Assembly: GCA_050011875.1 (NCBI GenBank)
Contig: JBEKIG010000013.1
Location: 12,394-76,393 of the forward strand
Direction of reading: 5' to 3'
Source: Nitrososphaeria archaeon
GTDB taxonomy: Archaea > Thermoproteota > Nitrososphaeria > JACIWG01
Length of the DNA stretch: 64,000 nt
In this document: piece after piece, positions 8,939 through 19,526 of the stretch
How positions within the stretch are numbered: the first letter of the stretch is position 1
How the letters are laid out: every line of letters starts with the position of its first letter
Notes under the pieces: generated by a model
Database searches by the model: none
The model's input: the letters and a program-made list of their open reading frames with translations, nothing else
Told to the model about the DNA's origin: nothing
Position numbers and translations under genes: made by a program

Positions 8939-9946
8939 TCAGGTGTGCCCTACGATCTTTTTTGGCACGTATGGTTCTTCCATGTAGGCGATGTCTTTTT
9001 CGGATAGGCTGATATCCACCGATTCGACCGCTTCTTGCACGTGCTCGGGCTTCGAAGTCCCTATGATAGGCGCTGTGGCCCCCTTCTTGAACAGCCATGC
9101 CAACGCAATCTGAACCGGTTTCACCCCCTTGGTCTTCGCTACTTCCGCAACCCTTCTGACGATTTCAGAGTTTTCAGGAGGATCAACGTAAGGTTTTCGA
9201 TACACCCCAGCAAGTCTATAGTCAGGCTGAAGCCTCATCAAATCGTTCCTGCCGATCTCAATTCTTCCACCTTCCGAATAGCGTCCGGATAGCAGGCCGG
9301 CTGCGACGGGGTTGTACGGGATGACCCCTATGTTCTGGTCCTTGCAAAGCGGTATCATCTCCCTTTCCTCCTCCCTGTACAGCAGGTTCCACTTGTCCTG
9401 CATGCTCGTGAACTTCTCGAAGCCTCTGATTTCGCTTGTGTACAGTGCTTTTGAAAGCTGCCACGTCCACATGCTCGATGCCCCGATGTATCTGACTGTT
9501 CCACTTCTCACAAGGTCGTTTAACGTCGACAGCGTCTCCTCTATCGGTGTCTCGTAGTCCCACCTGTGTGTCTGGTAGAGGTCAATGTAATCCGTTTTAA
9601 GCCTCCTCAGAGAATCCTTCACCTGTCCCATTATGTGCTTCCTTGAAAGGCCTCGCTGGTTCGGCTTCTCCCCCATCACACTATGGACCTTTGTAGCAAT
9701 TATTACATCCTCTCGCACGTCTTTAAGAAGCTCTCCCGTTATCTCCTCAGACCTACCTAAGGAGTAGACGTTCGCAGTATCAAAGAAATTGATCCCCAAG
9801 TCGAGCGCTTTACTTACAACCTTCCTCGCATCCTCTACTTCAACCATCCATGGCTCAGCGTTTCCAAAACTCATGCAGCCAATCGCGATCGGAGACACTT
9901 TCAATCCTGACCAGCCTAATCTAACATACTTCATATCGTTCAACAA
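8939..9946 (-). CDS. Aldo/keto reductase (YajO/IolS-like)
   Basis: GINFFDTANVY, ATK, SLRRLKTDYIDLYQTH and IIGTSKPEH motifs. Confidence 0.92.
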   Translation of the reverse strand: MLNDMKYVRLGWSGLKVSPIAIGCMSFGNAEPWMVEVEDARKVVSKALDLGINFFDTANVYSLGRSEEITGELLKDVREDVIIATKVHSVMGEKPNQRGLSRKHIMGQVKDSLRRLKTDYIDLYQTHRWDYETPIEETLSTLNDLVRSGTVRYIGASSMWTWQLSKALYTSEIRGFEKFTSMQDKWNLLYREEEREMIPLCKDQNIGVIPYNPVAAGLLSGRYSEGGRIEIGRNDLMRLQPDYRLAGVYRKPYVDPPENSEIVRRVAEVAKTKGVKPVQIALAWLFKKGATAPIIGTSKPEHVQEAVESVDISLSEKDIAYMEEPYVPKKIVGHT

Positions 9947-10108
9947 GCCTTCTAACCGCGTTCTTTCTTAAAAGGATTTGCTGAACTTTTTCAATGATGC
10001 AACTGAGATAATAACTGAAGTAATATTGAACCATCTATTCATTATCAGAAGTAATATAGAATCTATTCTTATATGTTTCATCCACATGTAGTTATTGTTT
10101 CTGATAGG

Positions 10109-11035
10109 TTAATATCCGAGAATTAAAAGCCAAACATTCAGATATATTCCCGCTAAAAGGGATGAAATAAGAAGCAAAGAGGCCATCTTATCTTTGTAAA
10201 AATTGTAGCGTTCGCAGAAGACGATCATAGGTATTGCCAGCGGTGTACCGTGCATTATTACGATCGCAGTCACTTCTATCCTACTTAAATTGGCCAGAGT
10301 AGCGATTATCAAGGCTATAGTGGGCAGAAGGGCCATTCTAAGAAGACTCAGTTTGAAGCCACTAGCAAGTTCTCTGAACTTTCTTCCATAAAAAAATACT
10401 CCAAGTAGGAAGGTGGCAACAGGAACGGTGGTTGCTCCTAACAAGTTTAAAGGATTCAATATGGGGACAGGAACCGTAATCCTCGAAACAGAAAGGATAA
10501 TGCCAAAGAGGACTGAGACCACTACAGGGTTCTTTGAGAGACCCTTCAACACCCGCCTTGAGCTTTCAAGTTTGTCTGATCCCTGTATGTTATAGGATTC
10601 TAGGAAGGTCATGGTAACCGGAATTGCTAAAATGGAAATGGAGGCCGCTGAAAGCATGGCGAGGGATTCCGCCCCAGGGAAGGCGAAGTCCATGAACGGT
10701 ATTCCAAAGAACAGTAAATTACCAAAGACGGTGCTCAGAACGAGAAGGTAGAAGGTTCCCCTAGAAAATTTAAACAGCATTCGTAGAAGGCTAAAAATTA
10801 CTAATACAATTAATATGGGTATCACTCCGGCTAATAGGAAGATGAAGTTCACTTGAGTGAAATTGATCTGAGAAAGATTGCTCACAAAAAAGGATGGAAG
10901 GGCAAAATAGAATACGAAGGACATAAGAACCCGTTCATCTCCTTCCTTCAGCAGGCCTCCCTTTCTTGATATGAAACCTAATCCTATTAGAATTAGAAAT
11001 GGTATTGTAGTATTAAATGCTATGTCTAAATCCAT
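10109..11035 (-). CDS. AEC (auxin efflux carrier/malate permease) family transporter
   Basis: FVFYFALP, FGNLLFFGIP and KNP motifs, about 10 TM helices. Confidence 0.85.
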   Translation of the reverse strand: MDLDIAFNTTIPFLILIGLGFISRKGGLLKEGDERVLMSFVFYFALPSFFVSNLSQINFTQVNFIFLLAGVIPILIVLVIFSLLRMLFKFSRGTFYLLVLSTVFGNLLFFGIPFMDFAFPGAESLAMLSAASISILAIPVTMTFLESYNIQGSDKLESSRRVLKGLSKNPVVVSVLFGIILSVSRITVPVPILNPLNLLGATTVPVATFLLGVFFYGRKFRELASGFKLSLLRMALLPTIALIIATLANLSRIEVTAIVIMHGTPLAIPMIVFCERYNFYKDKMASLLLISSLLAGIYLNVWLLILGY

Positions 11036-11251
11036 CTATTTTTCATTGGATGAAGCATTAAATAACGACAATTTGAACCTTTCCAACACATTCATCTAAT
11101 AGGTTTAGTGTAGGGGTGAGCTTTCAAATTTGACTTTAAGCTTCAATTAAGTATAGTGCATCGACTTTCTAACAAGTTTAGCTTGTTTTGAAATGATTAA
11201 TAACTACTATATAGCACTATCCATAACGAAAGAAAGAGAAGTAGTTAAAGG

Positions 11252-11371
11252 ATAAAAATTATCGACATCAAGGCATACATTGTTGGCACAGGGTGTGCAG
11301 TTAGTTGGGTGTTCGTGAAGCTTTTCACTGAGAATCCTAAAATCTCGTTAGTGCCGTATAGAAAGATATAA
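11252..11371 (+). pseudogene. N-terminal remnant of a mandelate racemase/galactonate dehydratase-like gene
   Basis: (ATA)KIIDIKAYIVGTGCAVSWVFVKLFTE matches the enolase-superfamily N-terminus MKITDIK...WVFVKxxTD. The start has decayed to ATA. Confidence 0.55.
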
Positions 11372-11636
11372 GAAAATTAATTTCAGCTGTCCATCAATAG
11401 AAATTATTGCTGATGTCCATTTTTTGCTGAGCATTTCTTGAATGGTTTCTCTCAGACTCTCACTAATGATAAACTCTCTCTTCTTCAAGGTTCAATTATG
11501 CTCGCTTAATGGCCTCCTTATTGTTTTCACGACTATCATTATGTAAACAAGCTGTGGTAAGTGAAAACTGCGTTTACTATCCCAAATTTAGCGAAGTGGT
11601 TTATAGATTTCCAAAAGTGTTTATAGTTGACTTTGA

Positions 11637-13337
11637 TTGCGCATAAATGTTGCAACCAAGGTAGTCGCAATGGATACACCTGACAGTAAACATTTAACAT
11701 ATCGGTTTAATGTTTCAATTAACAAAGATGTATTAGTATATGTTGTGTTTATTGTCCTCTTGATTCTAAATATTTGGGTGTTTCTGGAAGCTAACTACCT
11801 ATCTTTTTTGCAAAAAAATCAACCCTACGACTTTTATAGCATATTAAGGGCTTCAAGTCAGGTCTGGACAAAACCAAATGATGTGTATGTCTTCTGGAAT
11901 ACGGTACAGTTACCTTCTTTCTGGCAGAAATGGTGTTGGTCCGGATCGGATTATGCATACACTCCGATGTTCGCTGCATTATTATCCCCTTTATCCGCAC
12001 TGTTCCCTACAAGTGCAAAAATTATTTGGGAAGTCATTTCATTATTTGCCGTCACAATCGCTGGATTCATATCCTTAAAGATGTTTAAGGGCTTTAAAAC
12101 TAGACTATTTTTTCTATTAATGATCTTCATAATGCCCTTCCAACTTCTCTATTTTGGACAGGCCATATCACAGTACCCTTTGTTACCGCAGAATTTGGCT
12201 ATGACGATATCCCCTGTTTACTTTACAGAATATTTTTGGGGGGATACGAATGTCCTGATCCTTTTATTTGGACTTCTATCCATTTGGTGTTCAACTTTCA
12301 GTACGGTAAAGATCCCCTTTCTGGGAAAGATCAGGAATAACGAATGGCAGGTGCCTGGCTATGTCCTCAGTTCATTATTTCTGGCGTTAGGGTCATTCCA
12401 GGCAACGGTGTTGCTTTTTTATTTTCCCTTCTGGTTGCTATTAAACTGGTTTATATTAAACAGAAAAAATTTGATAAAGGCCATCGCATACTTTGCCGCT
12501 TTCGTGGTCATGCTTAACTTCATAATATTTATTCACCCAACACTTTTTTCTGGTTATGCGAACAGTTTCACAGAACTGTTTAATTATTTAATCAATTACC
12601 GTTATGCAAACCTCTATTCTTTTGCCACTGCTTCAGGGCCTTCTTTGCAAGATTTCATCAGAAACAACATCTACAGTTATGTTTGGATATTCACCCTCCC
12701 TTTAGCAAGTATATTCACTCTATGGAATAACAGAAAGGGTGGAATACGGTTAAAGCCGTATAGCATCTTAGGGGCAACCCTTTTCTCAGCCGGCTTCGGG
12801 CTTTCGGCGTATATATTCACCGTTGTGCAGATACTTAATTCTTATCCTTTCTACCCCTCTCTTTCCCCCGATATATTCGGGGGAGATCTAGTATCCAAAA
12901 GTTTACCTTTAACACTTACCCAAACATTAGAAGTCGGTGTTGTCTTGGCATCCGTCGGTCTTTTCATTTGGAAGGCTTCATCTTTGGGAAAGCTTAACGG
13001 TGGCGCCATCCTTTGCGCTTTTGGCTTCACATTGCTCGTCATAGGGGCTATGGGAGCAGCTATCGTTTACACTGAAATTCATCTCGTTTGGGGAGAACTT
13101 TGGCTCGGATTCACCGTATGGAAGTTTTGGTGGAGCCTCCCTGCTGGTGGTGGGGGTTGGCCTTGGGGTACGTGGCGTGTGGCTTATAACACCTGTTTTA
13201 TCAAAGCCTGGAATTTTACTGAGGCAGATCCCAACTGTATCTTTATGAATTACAATGATGTGCTGTACATTTCTATCCTGATGGTGATCATCGGTTTTAT
13301 CCTCTTTAGGCACTATGCCCGAAATAGAAAAAGCTAG
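11637..13337 (+). CDS. GT-C fold (GT87/DUF2029-like) glycosyltransferase with an extra C-terminal membrane domain
   Basis: YDF...YAYTPMFAALLSPL lumenal-loop motif and many TM helices. True start may be ATG 11670. Confidence 0.6.
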   Translation: MRINVATKVVAMDTPDSKHLTYRFNVSINKDVLVYVVFIVLLILNIWVFLEANYLSFLQKNQPYDFYSILRASSQVWTKPNDVYVFWNTVQLPSFWQKWCWSGSDYAYTPMFAALLSPLSALFPTSAKIIWEVISLFAVTIAGFISLKMFKGFKTRLFFLLMIFIMPFQLLYFGQAISQYPLLPQNLAMTISPVYFTEYFWGDTNVLILLFGLLSIWCSTFSTVKIPFLGKIRNNEWQVPGYVLSSLFLALGSFQATVLLFYFPFWLLLNWFILNRKNLIKAIAYFAAFVVMLNFIIFIHPTLFSGYANSFTELFNYLINYRYANLYSFATASGPSLQDFIRNNIYSYVWIFTLPLASIFTLWNNRKGGIRLKPYSILGATLFSAGFGLSAYIFTVVQILNSYPFYPSLSPDIFGGDLVSKSLPLTLTQTLEVGVVLASVGLFIWKASSLGKLNGGAILCAFGFTLLVIGAMGAAIVYTEIHLVWGELWLGFTVWKFWWSLPAGGGGWPWGTWRVAYNTCFIKAWNFTEADPNCIFMNYNDVLYISILMVIIGFILFRHYARNRKS

Positions 13338-13800
13338 AAATCAACTAGCCCGCTATATTCTTTTTTACGCTCTTCTCTAAGTGTATGAAGGAAGATAACG
13401 CCCAGGAAGGAAGTTATCAAGATGATTTCTATTAATGGAGCCATTCAACATCACTTCTTGTGTATTTGAATATGTTGTAATTTATTAAAAGGTTTTTCAG
13501 AATTATACCAAAATGTACTCCTAATGTTAGACAAATTATATCTGGTCAAATTACATGGAATGAATAAACAATCTACCATACGTCAAAGAATGAAAAAGGA
13601 AAAAATTATCTTTTTAAATCTTCCTTCAAAAACATAGACACCTTAAATCCCTTTTTCTTCATTCCGACAGGACAGCTTGGGTTTGTTTGAAAGAGCAAAA
13701 GCATCTAAGACGTCTTTAACACTTTTTCCACTGAACTACCAGTGCCGAAAATAATTGTCATTGTTATGGTTGCTCTTGCTTATACTGATTATTTTAGCTA

Positions 13801-14847
13801 TTATTTAACGATGTGAGGGTATATACCATATTTTCTTGTGGCGTCGATCATCGCTTTGAAGTTGTCAACTTTAACTGCGTTGTGGATTGAGTTACTGGAG
13901 CTGAGTATATATCCGCCACCACTCGCTGCTTCACCTATACATCTTTTAACTTCGTTAACTGTTTCCTCGATTGTGCCAAATGGGAGCACATTAGTAACAT
14001 CCACATTACCGATTATGCATATGACTTCACCATATTTGTCTTTGACATCTTTAAGGCTCATATTTGCTCGGGGCTCTATTGGATGTAAAGCATCTATTCC
14101 TGTACCAATCAAGTCTTCCAAGATAGGGTAAATGTAACCGTCTGTATGTTTGATGAAAGGTATTCCTTTTTTATGTACAGCATCGACAATTTTTTTCAAA
14201 CCGGGTGCTATTAATTCTCTAAAGTGTTTAGGTGCCATCATTGGCCCTTGCTTATAGGCATAGTCATCGCCTGATATTATCGCATCTACTCCAATATCAA
14301 TCATTGCTTTAGCTAATTCTATATTAAAATTTACAGCAGCGTCTATTAGTTTTTTTACAAAGCTCGGATTCCTGTACAAGTCTATAAGAAAATTACTTAC
14401 ACCCCTCATTTGTGAAGGGATTTCATAGCCATCATGAATGCCACCAACAACCGCAAGTTGATCCTTATTGTTACTTATCACTTGGTGCAGTCTATCCAGC
14501 CGACTATAATCATATGGATTAGGTGGAGAAAATTTTTCAAAATCTTCGATAGAATTTATTGTACCATTAATGTAATAAGTAACATCGTTTGTACTAGTTT
14601 TCCAAATTCTAGCCCAATCATCGATGAAGCTTTTAGCATCAAGATACTTTACGGGTACAGGAACATCCCAAAAGTTTATTCCATCTAACCCAAATTTGCT
14701 GTAAACTTCATAAAAGTCCATAGCACCATTAGGATTTCTACCAAGTATTTCTTTTACCACAGGTTTGTTTATTTCAATTTCAAAAAGAGGAACAATATCC
14801 GGCTCCTCTCCGTATAGTGCTTCAAGCAATCTTTCGCGAGGAGTCAT
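13801..14847 (-). CDS. Uroporphyrinogen decarboxylase / MtaA-CmuA family protein
   Basis: MTPRER, GDDYA, KHTDG, GNVD and GGGYILSSSNSIH motifs. Confidence 0.88.
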   Translation of the reverse strand: MTPRERLLEALYGEEPDIVPLFEIEINKPVVKEILGRNPNGAMDFYEVYSKFGLDGINFWDVPVPVKYLDAKSFIDDWARIWKTSTNDVTYYINGTINSIEDFEKFSPPNPYDYSRLDRLHQVISNNKDQLAVVGGIHDGYEIPSQMRGVSNFLIDLYRNPSFVKKLIDAAVNFNIELAKAMIDIGVDAIISGDDYAYKQGPMMAPKHFRELIAPGLKKIVDAVHKKGIPFIKHTDGYIYPILEDLIGTGIDALHPIEPRANMSLKDVKDKYGEVICIIGNVDVTNVLPFGTIEETVNEVKRCIGEAASGGGYILSSSNSIHNAVKVDNFKAMIDATRKYGIYPHIVK

Positions 14848-14916
14848 TTAACTAATCAGCTCCAAAATATAAAAAATTTTCCATTCTGCAATTCAGCTCC
14901 GATTCACAAATGATCT

Positions 14917-15228
14917 TTACCAATATGTTGTAATGGTAGGTTTTTCTAGGAGAATTGCTTTGGTTTCATTTGGTTCAAGTGTTTTTCGGGTACTTATTTT
15001 GTAGTGCCAGTCAAAACAGCACCATCTGAGGAGTTTGATTTGCTTTCCTTTTACTTTCATAGGTAAAATCTTTTTTGGTGTTCTTTTTGAAAATCCAATT
15101 AATTCTACGGTTATGATACATTTCTTCCAAAGGTTTCCTTGTTCATCCTTCTTCTTTTCGTCTGTCTTTTCAATGTTTGTAACCCTTCCTTGCAGTCTCT
15201 CTTGTCTTCCTTTTACTTTTTTTGACAT
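14917..15228 (-). CDS. Hypothetical basic protein (OB-fold-like)
   Basis: 103-aa ORF containing WKKC...RWCCFDWH. Confidence 0.6.
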   Translation of the reverse strand: MSKKVKGRQERLQGRVTNIEKTDEKKKDEQGNLWKKCIITVELIGFSKRTPKKILPMKVKGKQIKLLRWCCFDWHYKISTRKTLEPNETKAILLEKPTITTYW

Positions 15229-15431
15229 TATTTTCTAAAGTAAACTAGCGTATTCTTCTATTTATTTCTTTACCCTTATGGGTTCAAATTTTATTAATAT
15301 GACCTTCTCAAAACGCTATTCGTGATTGGCCTGAAAGTAATTTTGTTTTAGGTGATTTTACGGAAATAAACAAGCGTCATTAGGTACGTATTCCTATTTC
15401 AATCTTGTCAAAAGATAGGAGTTGATGACAC

Positions 15432-16238
15432 TCAGCCAAGTCCAGCAACGTAAGACTTGACAGAACCCCCATACATGTAAAATCCTTTATATGGTATGAT
15501 AACTGGTTTTATATCCGGGTTTCTTTCCAATAATCGGACGAATTCTTTGGGGTCTATTGTTCTATCGGCAAAGCAGTCGTAATGGCATGGGATGACGATC
15601 TTTGGTTTTATGAATTTGGTAACCATATATGCATCTTCGGGGATTCTTCCCTTTACATCACCTATTATTGGTACTATTGCGATATCCGGGGACGCCTCCT
15701 TTATAGGATTCAGAAGTACTTCAGGTTCTTTCGCTATTTCTCTATCGGAGTCTCCCATACTGTATACCTTTGAATTCTTAATTTGGAATAGATAACCAAA
15801 ATGTGTCGTATCCGCTTTCTCAGGAGGAATAGAGTAGTATGCTGTCGCTGTAAAATCTTCTGCGATATAGGGGCGATTAACTTCGAGTGCTATCAAGCGG
15901 TCTCTGTTGATACCCAAATCTGCAAGATGTTCGCAAGACTCACGAGGACCTAAAAATATTGTTTCTAAATGATTTTTGGCAATTATTGGTAGGGCTTTAG
16001 GGTCCGTATGATCTCCATGATCATGGGTGCAAAATATGTAATCGACTTTTAAATCTTCAGGTTCTACTGGTGGCTTGGAATGAACATAACTGTGTCCTTT
16101 ATCCCTTGAGAGATATGGGTCAATCGCGATACTTGTTCTAGGGGTTATCTTAATTACGTATGAGTTTTGGCCTAACCAGAATATGGCAAACTGATTACTT
16201 TCAAGTTTCAAGCTTTTAATTCTATCTATTATACTCAT
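15432..16238 (-). CDS. MBL-fold metallo-hydrolase (UlaG-like lactonase)
   Basis: FWLGQ, IDPYLS, THDHGDHTD, GDS and PCHYD motifs. Confidence 0.88.
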   Translation of the reverse strand: MSIIDRIKSLKLESNQFAIFWLGQNSYVIKITPRTSIAIDPYLSRDKGHSYVHSKPPVEPEDLKVDYIFCTHDHGDHTDPKALPIIAKNHLETIFLGPRESCEHLADLGINRDRLIALEVNRPYIAEDFTATAYYSIPPEKADTTHFGYLFQIKNSKVYSMGDSDREIAKEPEVLLNPIKEASPDIAIVPIIGDVKGRIPEDAYMVTKFIKPKIVIPCHYDCFADRTIDPKEFVRLLERNPDIKPVIIPYKGFYMYGGSVKSYVAGLG

Positions 16239-16423
16239 ACCACATATCTTATGGAAATGCTATAAAAGTTATTATACGGATATTTCTATATATTATTAAC
16301 TTCAAAGAGTAAAATTGAAAAAAGCTCTTTTATGCTCTCAAATCGTCTTGATGCTTTTAACACTATGTGCTGGTGTTGGAAAGGCTGAGGTCAAAGCAGG
16401 TGACCAGAGACTGTTGGGAAGGC

Positions 16424-17050
16424 TCACATATATTCGCAAATAGAGCATAAAGGAACGATTACTTCAACATTCCCGTCAACAGTTATTTCGTTTGGTTTAT
16501 CAAGAGTTATTTTATATTCTCCTAATTTACAAAAATGATTTTCAAATGCTTCTAAAATATTTTTATTTGAAATTTGCTGATTCAAATCTTCCCTCAATTT
16601 TATGATTTCAGCATTTTCTGTCTCACTTGATTTGTTTTTTTCCAAATATTCTCTAACATTTGATAATGTTAATTCAATGTTGTCAGACCTAAGGATAACT
16701 CGAGGGATACGATAAATGCGATTAATGTCTTCTTTATTTTTTTCAGCATATGATAAAAGAAAATCTAAATGGGGTATTAATCCGTAATATTCCATAGGGT
16801 CGTGTTTTAGAGTATCATAACCAAGAACTAGGTAAGGGTTTCCTTCTGTTTCTTTCAGAACATTCTCAATGTAGTTTTTATAGTTATCAACTTCATGATT
16901 TAATTGGTCCTGTGTTTCTTTGATTTTAGTCGTTAATTCATTTATTATGTCATCGTATATTTTTTTTAGCTCTTCTTCTTTTCTTCCGCAAACATAACAT
17001 TTATAATCGTTTTTAATATGGATTGCAACAACTTTTTCTACCATATCCAA
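16424..17050 (-). CDS. Hypothetical coiled-coil protein with terminal CxxC pairs
   Basis: CYVC at the N-terminus, CSIC at the C-terminus, helical middle, very AT-rich. Confidence 0.55.
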   Translation of the reverse strand: MDMVEKVVAIHIKNDYKCYVCGRKEEELKKIYDDIINELTTKIKETQDQLNHEVDNYKNYIENVLKETEGNPYLVLGYDTLKHDPMEYYGLIPHLDFLLSYAEKNKEDINRIYRIPRVILRSDNIELTLSNVREYLEKNKSSETENAEIIKLREDLNQQISNKNILEAFENHFCKLGEYKITLDKPNEITVDGNVEVIVPLCSICEYM

Positions 17051-17256
17051 ACGCTATCTGTGGATACTAATTTAACTGACTAATATTTAATCTTTCAATC
17101 AATTACGCCAGATGTAAGTGATTCAGTCACATTAAAATAATTTTAAAATAATAAATCTGTCTGTGCGCGACGATATAAAACAATTTATATCTTGGAGTGT
17201 TCAAAATCTTCTTGGTTTAGGAGGTCTGAATTACGTCTAAAGAAAGCCAGAAATCC

Positions 17257-18447
17257 GTGTACAAATTGATATTGCGAAGAACAGGGGTTCATCCATTTCT
17301 TATATCTTCTGCGCCTGGTAGAGCCGACTTCCTTAACACCCATCAGGATTACAAAGGATTGCCAGTTGTTCCTATAGGCGTTAACCTAAGAACCTACATG
17401 CTTGCAACACGTATACTTCCGAGAAGGTTTAGGATAATCAGCTTGGATTTAGAAGGGCAGAGAACAAATTATGTAGATGAATTTGATTTAAATGGTCTAG
17501 TTTTGGAGCGTGGCGCATGGTTCGGAAATTATTTAAGGGGCGTCCTCATGGCTTTACAAGCCTTCACAGGAAAAACATTTGACGATGGCCTAGAAGTACT
17601 GATTAAAAGCGATGTTCCAATCGCAGGTGGTTTAGCAAGTAGTGCAGCACTCGAAGTGGCTTTTGCCACACTCTTGAACAGCTATTATGATCTTAGGCTA
17701 TCATGTAAAGATCTAGCGGAACAATGCTTTATCTCAGAAAACAGGATTCTAGGCATCCCCTGCGGCCGTCTCGACCAATACGGTTCCTCTTACGGTAAGG
17801 CGATTTTGTTGAAAACTAGGCCTCCCGTTGATGTAGAACTCTTACCTCTTGAAGACATAGATATCGTAACAGCAGATTCGGGCATAAGACATAGTACAGC
17901 AGATATACATCCTAGAAGACAAGAAGATATCAATAGAGGCCTAAAAAAATTGATGGACTCCCCAGATGTCCCAGGTATACTTAAGGAAAGACTTGGCTAC
18001 AGATTTGATGAACCCAAATGGGAAGGCATAAATGAACAGGAGGTAGCCCCCTATCTTAAGCAATTGGATAAAACGGCTGCTAATCGAATACTTTACACAC
18101 TTCGAGCACATGCTTCCACCATGCAAGCGCTTAAGCTGATAAAATCAGGGCAGGTTAAAACAGAACTCGAAAAAATGGGAGAGATAATGAATGAGCAGCA
18201 CATAATGATGAGAGACATGTATGACTTAAGTCTGCCGCAGTTAGAAGGGATAAGGAATGCAATGATCAAAGATGGAGCATTTGGCGTGAAGATCAGTGGT
18301 GCAGGTCTTGGAGGCTGCCTTATAGGTTTAGTTAAAGACCCTTATTCAGGTGATAAAGTATTGAAAGCAGCATTAAAGGCAGGAGCTCTAAGAGGCTGGG
18401 TTCTCAAGGTAGACAGAGGTGCAGTCATAGAAAGTCAAGGTGGGTAG
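17257..18447 (+). CDS. galK: Galactokinase-family GHMP kinase
   Basis: SAPGR...HQDY, PIAGGLASSAA, CGRLDQ and SGAGLGG motifs. Overlaps galT. Confidence 0.8.
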   Translation: MYKLILRRTGVHPFLISSAPGRADFLNTHQDYKGLPVVPIGVNLRTYMLATRILPRRFRIISLDLEGQRTNYVDEFDLNGLVLERGAWFGNYLRGVLMALQAFTGKTFDDGLEVLIKSDVPIAGGLASSAALEVAFATLLNSYYDLRLSCKDLAEQCFISENRILGIPCGRLDQYGSSYGKAILLKTRPPVDVELLPLEDIDIVTADSGIRHSTADIHPRRQEDINRGLKKLMDSPDVPGILKERLGYRFDEPKWEGINEQEVAPYLKQLDKTAANRILYTLRAHASTMQALKLIKSGQVKTELEKMGEIMNEQHIMMRDMYDLSLPQLEGIRNAMIKDGAFGVKISGAGLGGCLIGLVKDPYSGDKVLKAALKAGALRGWVLKVDRGAVIESQGG

Positions 18448-19459
18448 CTTGAGCAACGAGCTTAGATGGAATCCATTATTAGGTACATGGATAATAGTTT
18501 CAAGTAAGAGAAAAGTTAGACCTTGGAGAGAAGAAACGTGCCCATTTTGCCCAGGGGGCCCAGAAATAAAAGGCAACTGGGATATCAAAGTACTCGATAA
18601 CCTCTTTCCGGCTTTAAAAAAAGATGCCCAACCCTCCATAGGCACCAAAGACGTTTACAGGGTAAAACCCGCATATGGCTACTGTAAGGTGATTGTCGAA
18701 ACACCTGAGCACGTAGGTGACCTCGACACCATCCCGTTTGACAATTTAGTTAAGGTAATCAAAGCTTTCCGTGAAGAAACAGTAAAACTGTGTGACGATA
18801 GGAGGATCAGGTACGTTTATCCCTTTCGAAATAAGGGTGAACGTATAGGAGTGTCGCTGACACATCCTCATTCACAAATATACGCGTTATCATTTGTACC
18901 TTTCAGGATCAGGAATGAACTGAACAATGCTAGGAGATTCTACAAGAAGAATGGAGAATGTATGTTTTGCCATATACTGAAACTTGAAGAATCAGAGGGA
19001 AAGCGTCTACTATATTTCAATAGATCTTTCACATTGTTTATGCCTTTCTTTGTGATGTGGCCCTACGAAACTCACATATACACAAACAGACATGTACCCG
19101 GATTATCTGATCTGACAGACGATGAAATAGTGGACTTGGCTGATATCATCAAAGTAGCAGTAGCGATGTACAATTCTCTCTTTGACTTTGATCTCCCCTA
19201 CATTATGGCAGTACATCAAGCACCATGCAAAGACAACCATCAGCTCTATCACTTACACATAGAATTCTATCCTATACACCTATCCAAAGACAAAACGAAA
19301 TACGCTGCTGGCATAGAATGGGGTGCTGGAGCTTTCACATATGACGACCTTCCAGAAGAGAAAGTGAATGAACTGAAAACAGCTCTTAAGAAAGCAACTG
19401 ACAGACTAAGCAGTAACAGTTACCTAACGAAGGGGAAACCTGCCTATTCTTATTATTAA
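18440..19459 (+). CDS. galT: Galactose-1-phosphate uridylyltransferase
   Basis: ELRWNPL, CPFCPG, N-x-G...GVSLTHPHSQ and HLHIEFYP motifs. Confidence 0.92.
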   Translation: MGSLSNELRWNPLLGTWIIVSSKRKVRPWREETCPFCPGGPEIKGNWDIKVLDNLFPALKKDAQPSIGTKDVYRVKPAYGYCKVIVETPEHVGDLDTIPFDNLVKVIKAFREETVKLCDDRRIRYVYPFRNKGERIGVSLTHPHSQIYALSFVPFRIRNELNNARRFYKKNGECMFCHILKLEESEGKRLLYFNRSFTLFMPFFVMWPYETHIYTNRHVPGLSDLTDDEIVDLADIIKVAVAMYNSLFDFDLPYIMAVHQAPCKDNHQLYHLHIEFYPIHLSKDKTKYAAGIEWGAGAFTYDDLPEEKVNELKTALKKATDRLSSNSYLTKGKPAYSYY

Positions 19460-19526
19460 TAATATTACCACATTAGGATGGTTGGGATGATAATAAAATT
19501 GAAACCGTGCTTAAGGGATGAAATAC

